Source of the DNA: Candidatus Undinarchaeota archaeon
Lineage (GTDB): Archaea; SpSt-1190; JASMDC01
DNA: 64,000 bases
Assembly (NCBI GenBank): GCA_964519305.1
Contig: CAZFHY010000005.1
Location: forward strand, 118,477 to 182,476
Direction: 5' to 3'
Shown here: piece after piece, positions 49,107 through 59,328 of the stretch
Numbering within the stretch: the first letter of the stretch is position 1
How the letters are laid out: each line of letters opens with the position of its first letter
Notes under the pieces: model-generated
Seen by the model: the letters and a program-made list of their open reading frames with translations, nothing else
Database searches by the model: none
What the model was told of the DNA's origin: nothing
Made by a program: the position numbers and the translations under genes

Positions 49107-50222
49107 TTAAATGGATGGCGTCTGATGGACGCCCTCGCGGATAAGTGTCCGGCCGTCGGCCTTCAGTGTCGGGCGCTCCATTATCAGGTCCCAGTGGAGC
49201 GAGGACTCGTTCTCCCCGCCCATCATGCGGTTCTCGCCCAGGGCAAGGTGGATGGTCCCGCAAACCTTCTCGTCGAGGTGGAGCGAGCCGATGGCCCGTG
49301 TGAGCGCGGGATTTGTTCCGATACCGAGCTCGCCCAAACGGTCCCGGTGACCTGTAGCCCCCTCGAGCATCCCGCGGAAGAGATCTTCGCCCGCCGAGGC
49401 GTGCCAGCCCACCAGCACACCATCTGCAAATGTGAGCGCAAGGTCACGCACTTCTGCGCCCTTGTAGAGCACGCGGGAGAACACGGCGGTACCTTCGGTG
49501 CCCTTGAGCACCGGGGCGACGCACACCTCGCCAGCAGGGAGGTTTAACATAGTCAGGCCCCGTTCCCGATCCTCGTCGTCGATGACACCATCATCCATGA
49601 GAAGAGGGCGGCCTGTGATGTTGACACGGATGTCGGTACCGTCGGGATTGGTGATGTGCACCTCTGATGTGCCCTCAAGAGCATCACATAGCGCGCGACA
49701 GGAGCGGCCAAGAGCATCGTAGTCCAGATCGAGGGCGGACCAGAAGTGGTCCTCGTAGGCCTCCTGCGTCATACCGAACACCTTCGCCTGATGCGGGGAT
49801 GGAAAACCGACAAGTGCTGAGCGCCTGCCCCCGGTGAACAATGCGTCACGGATCGGAAGACCGGCCCGACGCAAGGCCGAGAGACGGGCCTCCGCTACAC
49901 CCTCAAGGAGGGACGGGTCCCGGAGCAGTAGTTCGTAATGGCCTACGTTGATGATCACGTCCGATGCTTCAATAGCGGCCAGAAGGTGTGAGGGTGTTCG
50001 CTCAAGGGCGGCGTCCTGCGATGCGGTAATGCTCTCGATGCGGTATTCATCGGAGCTCATGCATAACATAGGATGCGCACCACGGCTTGTGCAGGCGAGC
50101 CCCAGCTCTTCGGCCAGAGGGCGTGCGTACAGGCCGGCGCGGATGAGGACCGCATCGCCATCATCGACACCCAGACATGTCCCGACGATACGAGCTGCGA
50201 TGGAGGACAGTTCCGGCGTCAT
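49107..50222 (-). CDS. Aminopeptidase, M29 family
   Basis: GTDI, NLPAGEV, GELGIGTN, DEK..GTIHLALG, SSLHWD. Confidence 0.93.
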   Translation of the reverse strand: MTPELSSIAARIVGTCLGVDDGDAVLIRAGLYARPLAEELGLACTSRGAHPMLCMSSDEYRIESITASQDAALERTPSHLLAAIEASDVIINVGHYELLLRDPSLLEGVAEARLSALRRAGLPIRDALFTGGRRSALVGFPSPHQAKVFGMTQEAYEDHFWSALDLDYDALGRSCRALCDALEGTSEVHITNPDGTDIRVNITGRPLLMDDGVIDDEDRERGLTMLNLPAGEVCVAPVLKGTEGTAVFSRVLYKGAEVRDLALTFADGVLVGWHASAGEDLFRGMLEGATGHRDRLGELGIGTNPALTRAIGSLHLDEKVCGTIHLALGENRMMGGENESSLHWDLIMERPTLKADGRTLIREGVHQTPSI

Positions 50223-50227
50223 TGCCC

Positions 50228-50821
50228 TCAGCACGCGGTGAGGCACCGCTCCTCTTCACCACAGCATGCTGTGCAGTCAACGATAGCGACACCGGGGGTC
50301 CCCTTCGGCGGACCCACCTTGAACTCCGCGCGGTGCTCCAGCGTCTCCCCTACCTGTAAGCAGGTGATGTTCAGAGGTACGCTCATCTGCGTGCCACGCG
50401 TGAGGTCCTTTGTTTCGTCCAGGATGTATTCGGTCCCGTTGGACAGGGGTTTATCGTTCATGTATATCTTGAGGTTCTCGTATTGTGAGCGATAGATCGC
50501 GTTCTCGCCAGTGTTCTTGATCAGCAGCACTACTCGCATGGACGCGTCGGAGGCCTCGCAGCCCCCGGAACAGTACACGTTGGCGCGCGGCCCCGTGGTG
50601 TCCTTTGTCCCATAGGCAGCGATCACCTCGAGCTTGGTGTTCAGAGCCTCCTTGAACTGGTCCTTGCTCTTCTCCACGTCGTTCAGGTCGTCCGAGGCCA
50701 TACGCTTGAGGTACACCCCGACTCCGCCGGCGACCATCAGGCCGACGACGAGGAGAAGGACCATGATGATCGGCTGGCTCTGGCCGCGTCGTTCCAGCCC
50801 ACAGGGCCGTAGTAGTGCCAT
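50228..50821 (-). CDS. Archaeal type IV pilin-like protein
   Basis: RRG/QSQPIIMVLLLVVGLMVAGGV; IKNTG; C-terminal CxxCC...C...C. Confidence 0.8.
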   Translation of the reverse strand: MALLRPCGLERRGQSQPIIMVLLLVVGLMVAGGVGVYLKRMASDDLNDVEKSKDQFKEALNTKLEVIAAYGTKDTTGPRANVYCSGGCEASDASMRVVLLIKNTGENAIYRSQYENLKIYMNDKPLSNGTEYILDETKDLTRGTQMSVPLNITCLQVGETLEHRAEFKVGPPKGTPGVAIVDCTACCGEEERCLTAC

Positions 50822-50896
50822 GGTATCCCCTATACAGACCTGCTCCGTGCTGGTTTAAAAAGGTTCGTCTCGTGCCGATGCCGCCGCCCGGTGGGC

Positions 50897-51529
50897 TCAC
50901 GCACACTCTTCAGCGCATTCGAGCTGACGGGAGGACTGCATGGCGCAGCACTGCTCACAGGTGAGCTCAATGATACCGGACGTCCCCGCCTGGGGTCGCA
51001 CGACGACAGTGAACGAGTCCTCGGGGAGCCCAATAAGGTCCGAGCAGTCCTTGTTGATCACGAAGTCCTTGGTAGTGGAGGGCTGCCATATCGTGTCGTA
51101 CCCCTGGGTGACGCCCCATTCGGTCTGATTGCTGAGAGGTACGTCGTTAACGTAGATCTTCATGTCCCACAGCTGGTTTGCACGCAGCGGCTTCTTCCCG
51201 GAGTTCTTCACCTGGAGCACGAGCTTGGCCCCGTTGATATTGGTAGTGGACAATTCGCACTTGTTGTCAGAAGCGGTCCCACAGAAGCCGTTCTTCAGAT
51301 AATCAATAGTAGGATAGATGGCCGTGACCGTAAGATGAGTGCCCAGTTCCTTGTCAAGGTTGCCGGCCTCCTTCTTACCCTTGTTCATAGCATCGGAGGT
51401 GGTGTCCTTGGCGTACTTGCCCACGAACGCCACCACCATGAGGCCAATCACGAGCACGAGCACAAGCAGGATAGGTGCGCCCACGCTCTGACCTCGCGTC
51501 CCTATTCGCCACCGAACGCGTCTTTCCAA
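50897..51529 (-). CDS. Archaeal type IV pilin-like protein (close paralog of 51655-52269)
   Basis: TRG/QSVGAPILLVLVLVIGLMVVAFV; probable TTG start at 51529. Confidence 0.8.
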   Translation of the reverse strand: MERRVRWRIGTRGQSVGAPILLVLVLVIGLMVVAFVGKYAKDTTSDAMNKGKKEAGNLDKELGTHLTVTAIYPTIDYLKNGFCGTASDNKCELSTTNINGAKLVLQVKNSGKKPLRANQLWDMKIYVNDVPLSNQTEWGVTQGYDTIWQPSTTKDFVINKDCSDLIGLPEDSFTVVVRPQAGTSGIIELTCEQCCAMQSSRQLECAEECA

Positions 51530-51606
51530 GATAACACCTTCATTCACTACCAAAAATATAAAGTTACCCTCCACGACGGAGAAATCCAAAATAAAAAAAA
51601 ATGGAA

Positions 51607-51634
51607 AAAAGGGCCCCGATCAAGGGGCCCTTTT
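51607..51634 (-). terminator. Strong hairpin plus U-tract terminator after the putative major pilin
   Basis: AAAAGGGCCCC-gatcaa-GGGGCCCTTTT followed on the minus strand by a long T run. Confidence 0.75.
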
Positions 51635-51654
51635 CATGGTTCTATGCGATACGC

Positions 51655-52269
51655 CTAGCTGCAAGTAGCTGCGCACTCGCCCTGCTTGGAGGGCTGCATG
51701 TTGCAGCACTTCTCACAGGTAATCTCGACGGTAGCACCGCTGCCCACAGGGGGCGTAACCTTAAGGTTGAGCGAGCCACCGGGGAGGTTGGCGAGGTCGC
51801 CGCAGGCCTTGGCCAGCACGAAGTTCTTGGTACCGCCAGCAGCCCACGCCTTGTTGAAGTCCGAGGTGATTCCCCACTCGGTCTCGTTGGCGATCGGCAC
51901 GTCGTTAGCGTAGAGCTTCATGTCCCACAGCTGGTTGGCGCGAATAGGGTTCTTTCCCCCGTTCTTCACCTCAAGGATGAGCTTTGCGCCGTTCACGTTT
52001 GTGGTGGTCAATTCGCAGTTGTTCTCAGATGCTGAACCACAGAATCCGTTCTTCAGGTAGTCAACAGTCGGATAGATAGCCGTGACCTCGAGCTGAGTGC
52101 TCAGCTCTTTGTCCATGGCTGTCGTTTCCTTCTTACCCTTGGTCATAGCCTCAGATGCAGTGTCCTTGATGTACTTTCCCACGAAGGCCACTACCATAAG
52201 GCCGATAACGAGCACGAGCACAAGTAGGATGGGCCCGGCCTGACCTCTTTTAGCACTTCCGATTGGCAT
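51655..52269 (-). CDS. Archaeal type IV pilin-like protein, candidate major pilin
   Basis: KRG/QAGPILLVLVLVIGLMVVAFV; own TATA (TTTATAAA near 52294) and terminator. Confidence 0.82.
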   Translation of the reverse strand: MPIGSAKRGQAGPILLVLVLVIGLMVVAFVGKYIKDTASEAMTKGKKETTAMDKELSTQLEVTAIYPTVDYLKNGFCGSASENNCELTTTNVNGAKLILEVKNGGKNPIRANQLWDMKLYANDVPIANETEWGITSDFNKAWAAGGTKNFVLAKACGDLANLPGGSLNLKVTPPVGSGATVEITCEKCCNMQPSKQGECAATCS

Positions 52270-52479
52270 ACAGAGGTAGCGACCCGTAAAGATTTATAAA
52301 AATTGTTTGCATTGAACGTGCCTAATACGTGACATGCAAGGCATTCTATTTTCTTCGAGGCTAATCTGGTCCTGATCGATCGAGCAGGTGACCGGGCGAC
52401 GTCTCGACCGATTATTCGCCAAGATGGGCGTGTGACCAGCAACGGTAGTAATATATACCATCACGAGGACGTACTCCTT

Positions 52480-53040
52480 ATGGGATACTCCCGGCTCCCT
52501 CGCGAGAAGGCCCGAGGTCAGTCCATGCCCGTAATCATGGTCATCATGGTACTTATCACCATCATGATGGCCGGAGTTGTCTGGCGGTACGTGCGGGACA
52601 CGACCGGGAACAACGGAGATGATCCCGGGACCGGTAGCAAGATGACCTATGCGTTCGATCCGGTCAACCAGTTCCCATGCGAGGAGAACCTTTGCGGTGC
52701 CGAGAGCGACCTGTGCCTCACCGTCCGTAACAAGGGCGCGAACCAGGTCTCTATCCGCGACCTATCCCGTATGAGCATCACCCTTGTCAGCGGGAACAGC
52801 GCCAAGCAGCGCACAATCCTGCCGTACGAGCTCTATGTCTACTTTCCGGACGAACAGGTGGACGTAGAGGGCTCAGAGTACCCCCTCTGCTGCAACCTCA
52901 CCGATTCCGAGGTCATGCGCACCTCGCGCTGCGGAAACCACACCGGCGTATGGTCAAATAAGCGTATCACCCTCGCCTTCAACTCGACCGCCTTCGACGA
53001 GTACCAGGCGGAGCGGTACGCCGTGCAGTTCTCCGGCTGA
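52480..53040 (+). CDS. Archaeal type IV pilin-like protein
   Basis: ARG/QSMPVIMVIMVLITIMMAGVVW; VRNKG; start ATG 52480. Confidence 0.75.
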   Translation: MGYSRLPREKARGQSMPVIMVIMVLITIMMAGVVWRYVRDTTGNNGDDPGTGSKMTYAFDPVNQFPCEENLCGAESDLCLTVRNKGANQVSIRDLSRMSITLVSGNSAKQRTILPYELYVYFPDEQVDVEGSEYPLCCNLTDSEVMRTSRCGNHTGVWSNKRITLAFNSTAFDEYQAERYAVQFSG

Positions 53041-53240
53041 TGGCGGTGACGGGGATGGCCGGCGACACCGATATGGCGTTCTTCCGGACAACCGTTGGTG
53101 CCGGCGTGCTGGTGCTCACCGCCATGGTTACCTCGACACTCCCCGATCCGGGTATCGGCGAGGCGTGCTTCATCACGCTCATGACGGCTGTTGGCATCGT
53201 GCTCATGGGCATCGGCGGGTGGGGTCTGGCCAGCAGCTAG
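53040..53240 (+). CDS. Small two-TM protein
   Basis: TGATG overlap with the upstream gene; two hydrophobic helices. Confidence 0.5.
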   Translation: MAVTGMAGDTDMAFFRTTVGAGVLVLTAMVTSTLPDPGIGEACFITLMTAVGIVLMGIGGWGLASS

Positions 53241-53298
53241 CGGCAGAGTTATATTTCTGACCCGACCCCTCCGGCCCGTGGCCCGATTCCACAGGACC

Positions 53299-54210
53299 GT
53301 GGACACCAAGGACATAGCTGTCCTCAGGTTCCTCGACGGGATGCGCGGCCGGTTCGAATGGGTACCCCGCGAGCGGGTGCTCCGCAAGCTCCCCTGGTCC
53401 ACCATGAAGGTGACCCGGTCGCTGGGGGACCTCGATCGGATGGAGCTCATCCAGGTCCGGAACAAGGACGAGCCCGTGCTGCGCATCACAGGGCGTGGAC
53501 TGGACACCCTGGCACTGTGGGAGCTGAAGAACCACGGCGCCGTCGATACGGTGGGCGATCCCGTGGGCAAGGGCAAGGAGGCGATCGTGCTCAATGCCAC
53601 GGCTCCCGACGGGTCCTGGGTGGCGGTCAAGCTCCACCGGTACTATCAGCTGGAGTTCGAGGACATACGCTCCTCCCTTGCTTACGCCGCCATCGAGTGG
53701 CGCCGGCAACAGCTCGACCTGCGCCACTGCGAGATAGACGTCCCGCGGGCAAAGGCACAGGTGGAGATGACCGCTCTCGAAAGATGCTGGGACGCGGGCG
53801 TCTCGGTCCCCCGCCCCCGCGGACTGAACCGCCACGTGGTCGCCGCCGAGATGGTGACCGCTGGTGAAGGTCTGCCCGCACCGCCCCTTCACCGTGTAAG
53901 GCTCACCGACCCGGAATCCACACGCCAGGTCATCCTGGACGACTACCGGGAGGCGGTGACCAAAACAGGCATCGTCCACGGCGACCTATCGGAGTTCAAC
54001 ATCCTCGTCCACAAGGAGGGCTACCCGGTGTATATCGACTGGCCACAGGCCGTGCCTGTCGAGTACGCGCAGGCGTCCCTCCTCCTGGACCGGGATATCG
54101 AGGTGATCACCACGTACTTCCACAGGGAGTACGGGCTGGACCCGGAGGACGCAACGGTCCGCAGGACGCGGGCCGAGCTAGAGGCGTTCATAGCCGAGCG
54201 TCAGGAGTAG
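53299..54210 (+). CDS. rio2: RIO2-type serine/threonine kinase
   Basis: N-terminal wHTH, GKGKEA, VAVKLH, VPRP, IVHGDLSEFNI, IDWPQ. Confidence 0.92.
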   Translation: MDTKDIAVLRFLDGMRGRFEWVPRERVLRKLPWSTMKVTRSLGDLDRMELIQVRNKDEPVLRITGRGLDTLALWELKNHGAVDTVGDPVGKGKEAIVLNATAPDGSWVAVKLHRYYQLEFEDIRSSLAYAAIEWRRQQLDLRHCEIDVPRAKAQVEMTALERCWDAGVSVPRPRGLNRHVVAAEMVTAGEGLPAPPLHRVRLTDPESTRQVILDDYREAVTKTGIVHGDLSEFNILVHKEGYPVYIDWPQAVPVEYAQASLLLDRDIEVITTYFHREYGLDPEDATVRRTRAELEAFIAERQE

Positions 54211-54263
54211 CGCGCCCCAACTATCTGTAGGGTATAAAAAGACAAAGCCCATAACTCAGACCA

Positions 54264-55319
54264 ATGAACAAGGTCGCTCTAATAACCGGTATCAATGGCC
54301 AGGACGGCTCTTACCTGGCAGAGTTCCTGCTGAAGAAGGGGTACACCGTCCACGGAGTCATCCGTAGGGCGAGCACATTCAACCGCGAAAGGATTGAGAA
54401 GCTCTACTCTTTCGAGAACCCGGCCCACAGGCATTTCATCCTCCATTACGGCGACATGACCGACTCGTCAAACCTCATCCGCCTCGTCAACGAGATCCGG
54501 CCGCACGAGATCTACCATCTTGCAGCACAATCGCACGTGAAGATATCCTTCCAGGTGCCCGAGTACACGGCTAACGTGGACGGGCTCGGCACGCTCCGTC
54601 TCCTGGAAGCGGTCCGGTTCCTGGGACTGGACAAGCACACAAGGATATACCACGCGTCCACCAGCGAGCTCTTCGGTAAGTCCAAGGAATTCCCTCAGAG
54701 CGAGGACACACCCTTCCACCCACGAAGCCCGTACGGTGTTGCCAAGCTCTACGCCCACTGGATCGCAAAGAACTACCGTGAGGCATACGATATGTACGTC
54801 TGTGACGGGATTCTCTTCAACCACGAATCGCCGCGGCGGGGAGAGAACTTCGTCACACGCAAGATCACACTCAGCATCGCAAAGATCCTCGCCGGTAAGC
54901 AGGAACGGCTGCATCTGGGGAACCTCGAAGCAAAGAGGGATTGGGGATATGCTCCCGATTTCGTGGAAGCAATGTGGTTGATGCTCCAGCAGGACGAGCC
55001 GGACGATTTCGTCATCGCCACGGGCAAGGCGCACACCGTGCGTGAGTTCATCGAGCTCGCCTTCAAGGAAGTGGGCACTGACATCGAGTGGAAGGGGGAC
55101 GGTGTCGACGAGAAGGGCGTAGATGCGGCGACCGGGAAGGTCCTCATCGAGGTGGACCCGAAGTACTTCCGGCCTGCCGAGGTGGACTACCTCTTGGGCG
55201 ATGCGTCGAAGGCACAGGAACGCCTTGGTTGGCGGCCGAAGGTCGGGTTCGAGGAGCTAGTGAGGCTTATGATGCGTGCCGACCTCGAGCGAGAGGGTGT
55301 CGAGCGTAAAATCGACTGA
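54264..55319 (+). CDS. gmd: GDP-mannose 4,6-dehydratase
   Basis: [48 protein letters not shown]. Confidence 0.97.
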   Translation: MNKVALITGINGQDGSYLAEFLLKKGYTVHGVIRRASTFNRERIEKLYSFENPAHRHFILHYGDMTDSSNLIRLVNEIRPHEIYHLAAQSHVKISFQVPEYTANVDGLGTLRLLEAVRFLGLDKHTRIYHASTSELFGKSKEFPQSEDTPFHPRSPYGVAKLYAHWIAKNYREAYDMYVCDGILFNHESPRRGENFVTRKITLSIAKILAGKQERLHLGNLEAKRDWGYAPDFVEAMWLMLQQDEPDDFVIATGKAHTVREFIELAFKEVGTDIEWKGDGVDEKGVDAATGKVLIEVDPKYFRPAEVDYLLGDASKAQERLGWRPKVGFEELVRLMMRADLEREGVERKID

Positions 55320-55355
55320 TGTATAGGGGCCTTCCAGTACGCTCCAGTTGGACGT

Positions 55356-56981
55356 TCAGCTGTTCGCCCTTTCTTCCAATCGGCCCTGGAAACGCTCGAG
55401 CGCCTCGCGGTACTCACCGCGGACCTCTTCGTTCCAGTTGATGTCGTCCAGGCTCTCCAGGTAGGACGTGGTGCGCTCAAGGTGCTGAGCCGCTGCTTCA
55501 GGCGAGAAGCCATCGGTGAGCTCGACATCGCCGATCTCGTTGGCATTGTGCACCTGCTCCATGTACTGCAACCAGCTGTCAGTCTCGAGGTCGGCGGGAT
55601 CGATACGGGAGTATGTGTCGGCCATGCGGTTGTACACGGCGTCGGGCTCAGGGCACGCGAATGGCCCTTCAACCTCCACGGCCAGGGAGCCTGCCGAGGC
55701 AGCGAACCTCGACGACCACTGGACGTCATGGGTGTTCGAGAACTCGCGCAGGAAGGCCGCGGCGGTAGTATCACCGGCGCCCGTGGTGTCGACCACGGTC
55801 GCGGGGGCAGGCCGGACGTACTCACGCACACGCCTACCATGCTTCTCGAAGGAGAGCAGCAGGCCGTCGCCACCCATGGTGACCATGAGCACGAGGTCCT
55901 TGTTCTGGGGAGCGAGCTTATCCTCGAGCAGGCCCATGGCCTTCTCCACGGACTCGCGCGAGTCGCCCTCATCGGCGATGCCAGCGCAGGTGACCGCCTC
56001 GAACTCGTTCATCTTGAGGACGTCCACGTACTTGGCGAACTCGCCGATCTCCTCCCACGGAGAGAGCGTGACTAGCTCGGAGTCATTAGTGACCCACCGG
56101 GCACGATCCTCCGGTGTGGCTCCGTTGTCCTTCATCCCCTCGACAGCGTCCTTTTCGAGCTTGCTGAAGTTCGTGAGATGGCGGATGTAACCCTGGGCGT
56201 CCAGGGTGATGACCGCGTCCGAGTTATCATGGATGTACTTTACCGTCTCCAGCGGTACTTCGCCGAAGAGGGGGCCGATGTGGATACCACGCGCGCCGAG
56301 GTAGTTGTCGGGCACGTCCTCTGGCTTGATCGCGGGAAGGCGATGCTCGACGACGCCGATGGTGTAGCCCTTGACGGGGACCAGCACCGTTATCTCGGAG
56401 TTATCGTCGCCCTTTCTCTCGCAACCGTCCAGATTGACGCCCGCCTTGTTATGTAGCGGGGTGAAGATGGAGCCGTAAGCGGCCTGATGGGCTAGCTCGG
56501 ACGCGTCGCCGTCAGCAAGACCGTACTTGTTCACTAGCTTACTGGCAAGGTCCTTCTCCAGACGGATCGCATCGCCCTGGTTGTCCTCGACATAGGTCCG
56601 CAGCTCAGCGGTCTGGTCGTCGGAGAGGCCGTACCGCTGCGCATCAGCGGGTGATAGGTAATCGGCCCTGAACTCGTCGCCCACGGGGGAGACGATGCCC
56701 GTAGGATGACCGAGGGAGCTCGAGACCATGGAGAAGTACGTCGATACACCACCAACCGAGTGGAAGGGATGGCGTTCACCGCTCTCGTCGATGTTCACGA
56801 TGGTGTCGCGGGTGACATACCCCACTACCGCCATATCGATATCTTCTGGCTCCGTCTCCAACATGGTGCCGTCCGGCTGCTCGACCGCTATATATACCTT
56901 CCCATTGTCCGTCACGTCGGAGGGACAACACGCATTCCCTATCATCGTAATGTCGTAGCCTGGCGTGAGCGTGTAGCGCAC
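55356..56981 (-). CDS. PfkB-family carbohydrate kinase with insertions and extensions (start uncertain, 56981 or 56945)
   Basis: VVGYVTRD, GG..TY, LDAQG, KMNEFE, VTMGGDG, DTTGAGD. Confidence 0.82.
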   Translation of the reverse strand: MRYTLTPGYDITMIGNACCPSDVTDNGKVYIAVEQPDGTMLETEPEDIDMAVVGYVTRDTIVNIDESGERHPFHSVGGVSTYFSMVSSSLGHPTGIVSPVGDEFRADYLSPADAQRYGLSDDQTAELRTYVEDNQGDAIRLEKDLASKLVNKYGLADGDASELAHQAAYGSIFTPLHNKAGVNLDGCERKGDDNSEITVLVPVKGYTIGVVEHRLPAIKPEDVPDNYLGARGIHIGPLFGEVPLETVKYIHDNSDAVITLDAQGYIRHLTNFSKLEKDAVEGMKDNGATPEDRARWVTNDSELVTLSPWEEIGEFAKYVDVLKMNEFEAVTCAGIADEGDSRESVEKAMGLLEDKLAPQNKDLVLMVTMGGDGLLLSFEKHGRRVREYVRPAPATVVDTTGAGDTTAAAFLREFSNTHDVQWSSRFAASAGSLAVEVEGPFACPEPDAVYNRMADTYSRIDPADLETDSWLQYMEQVHNANEIGDVELTDGFSPEAAAQHLERTTSYLESLDDINWNEEVRGEYREALERFQGRLEERANS

Positions 56982-57072
56982 GAGGTCGGCCTCAAGATAA
57001 TGCTCAGGGTCGTTGGGTCTCCACCCTAAGATTTCGCTCCCTTTTTTAAGGCTGAATCGACTAGTGGTTGGT

Positions 57073-59325
57073 ATGGGAAGGAACGAACGACCCCTTAGGA
57101 TGCTTGCGCTCGCTCTGGTGCTGACCGCTGTTTTCGGTGTCGGCCAGGGCCCCGTTGTCGACCGCCTCACCGTCACCGGGACGGTAGTGAACTCTTACGC
57201 TATCACCTACGTGGAAGAGGTGCTCGTCAATCCGTACGACTACAAGCTCGACGCCGCTTTCATGTTCAAGGTGCCCGACGGCGCCTTCGTCTCGAACCTA
57301 ACTCTCCTTGTTGACGGAGTGCTCCACGTGGCCGACGTCATCCCCAAGGACGAGGCCCGGGAGAAGTTCGACGCGGCCGTGTCCGCTGGCAGGGACGCCG
57401 GGCTCATGGAACAGGCGGGCAAGGACGTGTTCAGCTACGCGGTCTCGTTCTCGCCAGGCCAGACCATCATCGTAGGCCTGACCTACGAGATGTACCTCAC
57501 CCGGGTGCTGGACAAGTACGAATTCCCCCTGGAGATCAATCCGGGCGGCGACCAGCAAATCAAGGACCTCGTCGTGGACATCACCGTTTCCTCATACAAG
57601 GACATCGCGGGCCTCCTGGTGCCCACCCATCCCGACATAGATATCACCTATCCTGGTGCCGACACCGCCAAGCTCCACTATGAGATGAAGGACCTGTCTA
57701 CGACCGAGAAGATGCTCGTCAGCTACTCCACGGCCGCCACCTCCAAGGCCGGCTTCCTCCTCGACCATGCCGAGAACGGGGAGCGTTACTTCTTCCACAT
57801 ATTCGCCCCCGTCGTCGACGAGTACGGCGAACCGCTCGATAAGGATATCGTGTTCGTGCTGGACAAGTCCGGCTCCATGGACGAGTCCGCGTGCGGTGGC
57901 GACCGGAAGATCGAGCAGATGAACGACGCGTTCGCCTCCATCGTCGGCCAGCTGCGTGACGGCGACAGGTTCAACGTCATCGAGTTCGATTCCGACGTCC
58001 GCGTTCTCTGGGACGGGCTCAGGACGGCGGGCCCGGTCAACCGCGACGAAGCGATCGCGCGAATCCGGTCCATACAGGCCGATGGCGGCACCGACATCAA
58101 CGAGGGGCTCGAGCGGGCGCTGGCAATGCTCAAGGTCGACGAGGCCCGCATGCCCATCGTGGTCATGCTCACTGACGGGAAGCCCAGCTCCGGTACAACG
58201 AACACGTTCTCCATCCGCAAGAACATCAAGAAGGTGAACACCGCCGAGGTGTCGATCTTCAGCCTGGGGCTCGGGGACAACCTGGACTTCCCATTCCTCA
58301 AGGCGCTCTCTTTAGAGAACTACGGGCATGCCGTGCAGATCCACTCTTGCGAGGACGTGTCCGAACAGATCGCAGACTTCTATAAGACGATCGACACGCC
58401 AATCCTCAAGGACCTGAAGTTCGAGTACGGTGACGATGTCGTGGACGTGTTCCCCACCGCGGTCCAGCGGCTGTTCGCCGGCTCTGAGATCGTGCTCGCC
58501 GGGCGTTATATCGGCGATGGTGACGAGCTAACCGTTCAGGTGTCAGGTCGCTCCCACCAAGGGAGCGTGACGTTCACCGAGACGCTCCGGTTCACCGGCG
58601 GGAGGATGAACGGGTTCATCCCCCGGTTCTGGGCGTTCATGCGCATCCAGGACCTGCAGGACCGCATCGCCGTGTGGGGTGAGAACGACGAGATCGTCGG
58701 CGACATCGTCAACACGTCCGTCCAGTACCACTTCGTCACGCCCTACACGTCCCTGTTCCTGGAGATCGATAAGCCTACAGATACGGTCACCGACGACGAT
58801 GGCGAGCTCGTGGAGGAAGAGCCCGCGATGCCCCCGCCCCAGCCCACGATGGCCCCGGTCGGTACACCTATGCCTGTGGCCCCTCCTACCGACACCGTGT
58901 ACGCCGTCCGCAAGGACAAGTCCACTGGCGCCGTCAGAGGGGCGGTCGCTCCTCAGGAGGCCCCCGCCAGCGGAGGGGGGATCATGGACTCGCTCGGGGG
59001 TATGTTCGGCGCCCAGGCCGAATCGGACATGGCCATGGACAAGAGGATAATGACCTCTTCCAAGAGCGAGGGCGCGGGCGGGAGTGGAGGCGCTGCCGGC
59101 CCCATCGGTCTGGAAGAACAGGAGTCGAGCTCTCCCCTCCCCACCATCATCGCACTGGTCGCGATTGTAGGGATCGCCGGGCTCGCACTGCGGGGCCGGG
59201 GCGGCGGGAAGGTCGAGGAGAAGGCGTCTGAGCCCGAGGAAGAGAAGGACGAGCCCCCGAAGAAGGACAAGTCCGCCCGGGACGACGACGAAGAGACCGA
59301 CGACGAGGACGATAAGAAGGAGTAG
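57073..59325 (+). CDS. VIT plus VWA (inter-alpha-trypsin inhibitor heavy-chain-like) surface protein with C-terminal TM
   Basis: Signal peptide, VIT domain (F.VP.GAFVSN), VFVLDKSGSM MIDAS, GGTDI, LTDG, FVTPYTS, TM helix, acidic tail. Confidence 0.9.
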   Translation: MGRNERPLRMLALALVLTAVFGVGQGPVVDRLTVTGTVVNSYAITYVEEVLVNPYDYKLDAAFMFKVPDGAFVSNLTLLVDGVLHVADVIPKDEAREKFDAAVSAGRDAGLMEQAGKDVFSYAVSFSPGQTIIVGLTYEMYLTRVLDKYEFPLEINPGGDQQIKDLVVDITVSSYKDIAGLLVPTHPDIDITYPGADTAKLHYEMKDLSTTEKMLVSYSTAATSKAGFLLDHAENGERYFFHIFAPVVDEYGEPLDKDIVFVLDKSGSMDESACGGDRKIEQMNDAFASIVGQLRDGDRFNVIEFDSDVRVLWDGLRTAGPVNRDEAIARIRSIQADGGTDINEGLERALAMLKVDEARMPIVVMLTDGKPSSGTTNTFSIRKNIKKVNTAEVSIFSLGLGDNLDFPFLKALSLENYGHAVQIHSCEDVSEQIADFYKTIDTPILKDLKFEYGDDVVDVFPTAVQRLFAGSEIVLAGRYIGDGDELTVQVSGRSHQGSVTFTETLRFTGGRMNGFIPRFWAFMRIQDLQDRIAVWGENDEIVGDIVNTSVQYHFVTPYTSLFLEIDKPTDTVTDDDGELVEEEPAMPPPQPTMAPVGTPMPVAPPTDTVYAVRKDKSTGAVRGAVAPQEAPASGGGIMDSLGGMFGAQAESDMAMDKRIMTSSKSEGAGGSGGAAGPIGLEEQESSSPLPTIIALVAIVGIAGLALRGRGGGKVEEKASEPEEEKDEPPKKDKSARDDDEETDDEDDKKE

Positions 59326-59328
59326 TTA

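Noticed and set aside
50228-53040. Archaellin (arlB) operon
   Set aside because: The N-termini lack the archaellin GIGTLIVFIAMVLVAAVAA-type consensus and no arlCDEFGHIJ genes are adjacent.
56982-57176. 5' extension of the PfkB ORF overlapping the VIT-VWA gene
   Set aside because: It crosses a divergent promoter and the start of the opposite gene, so a later start is more plausible.
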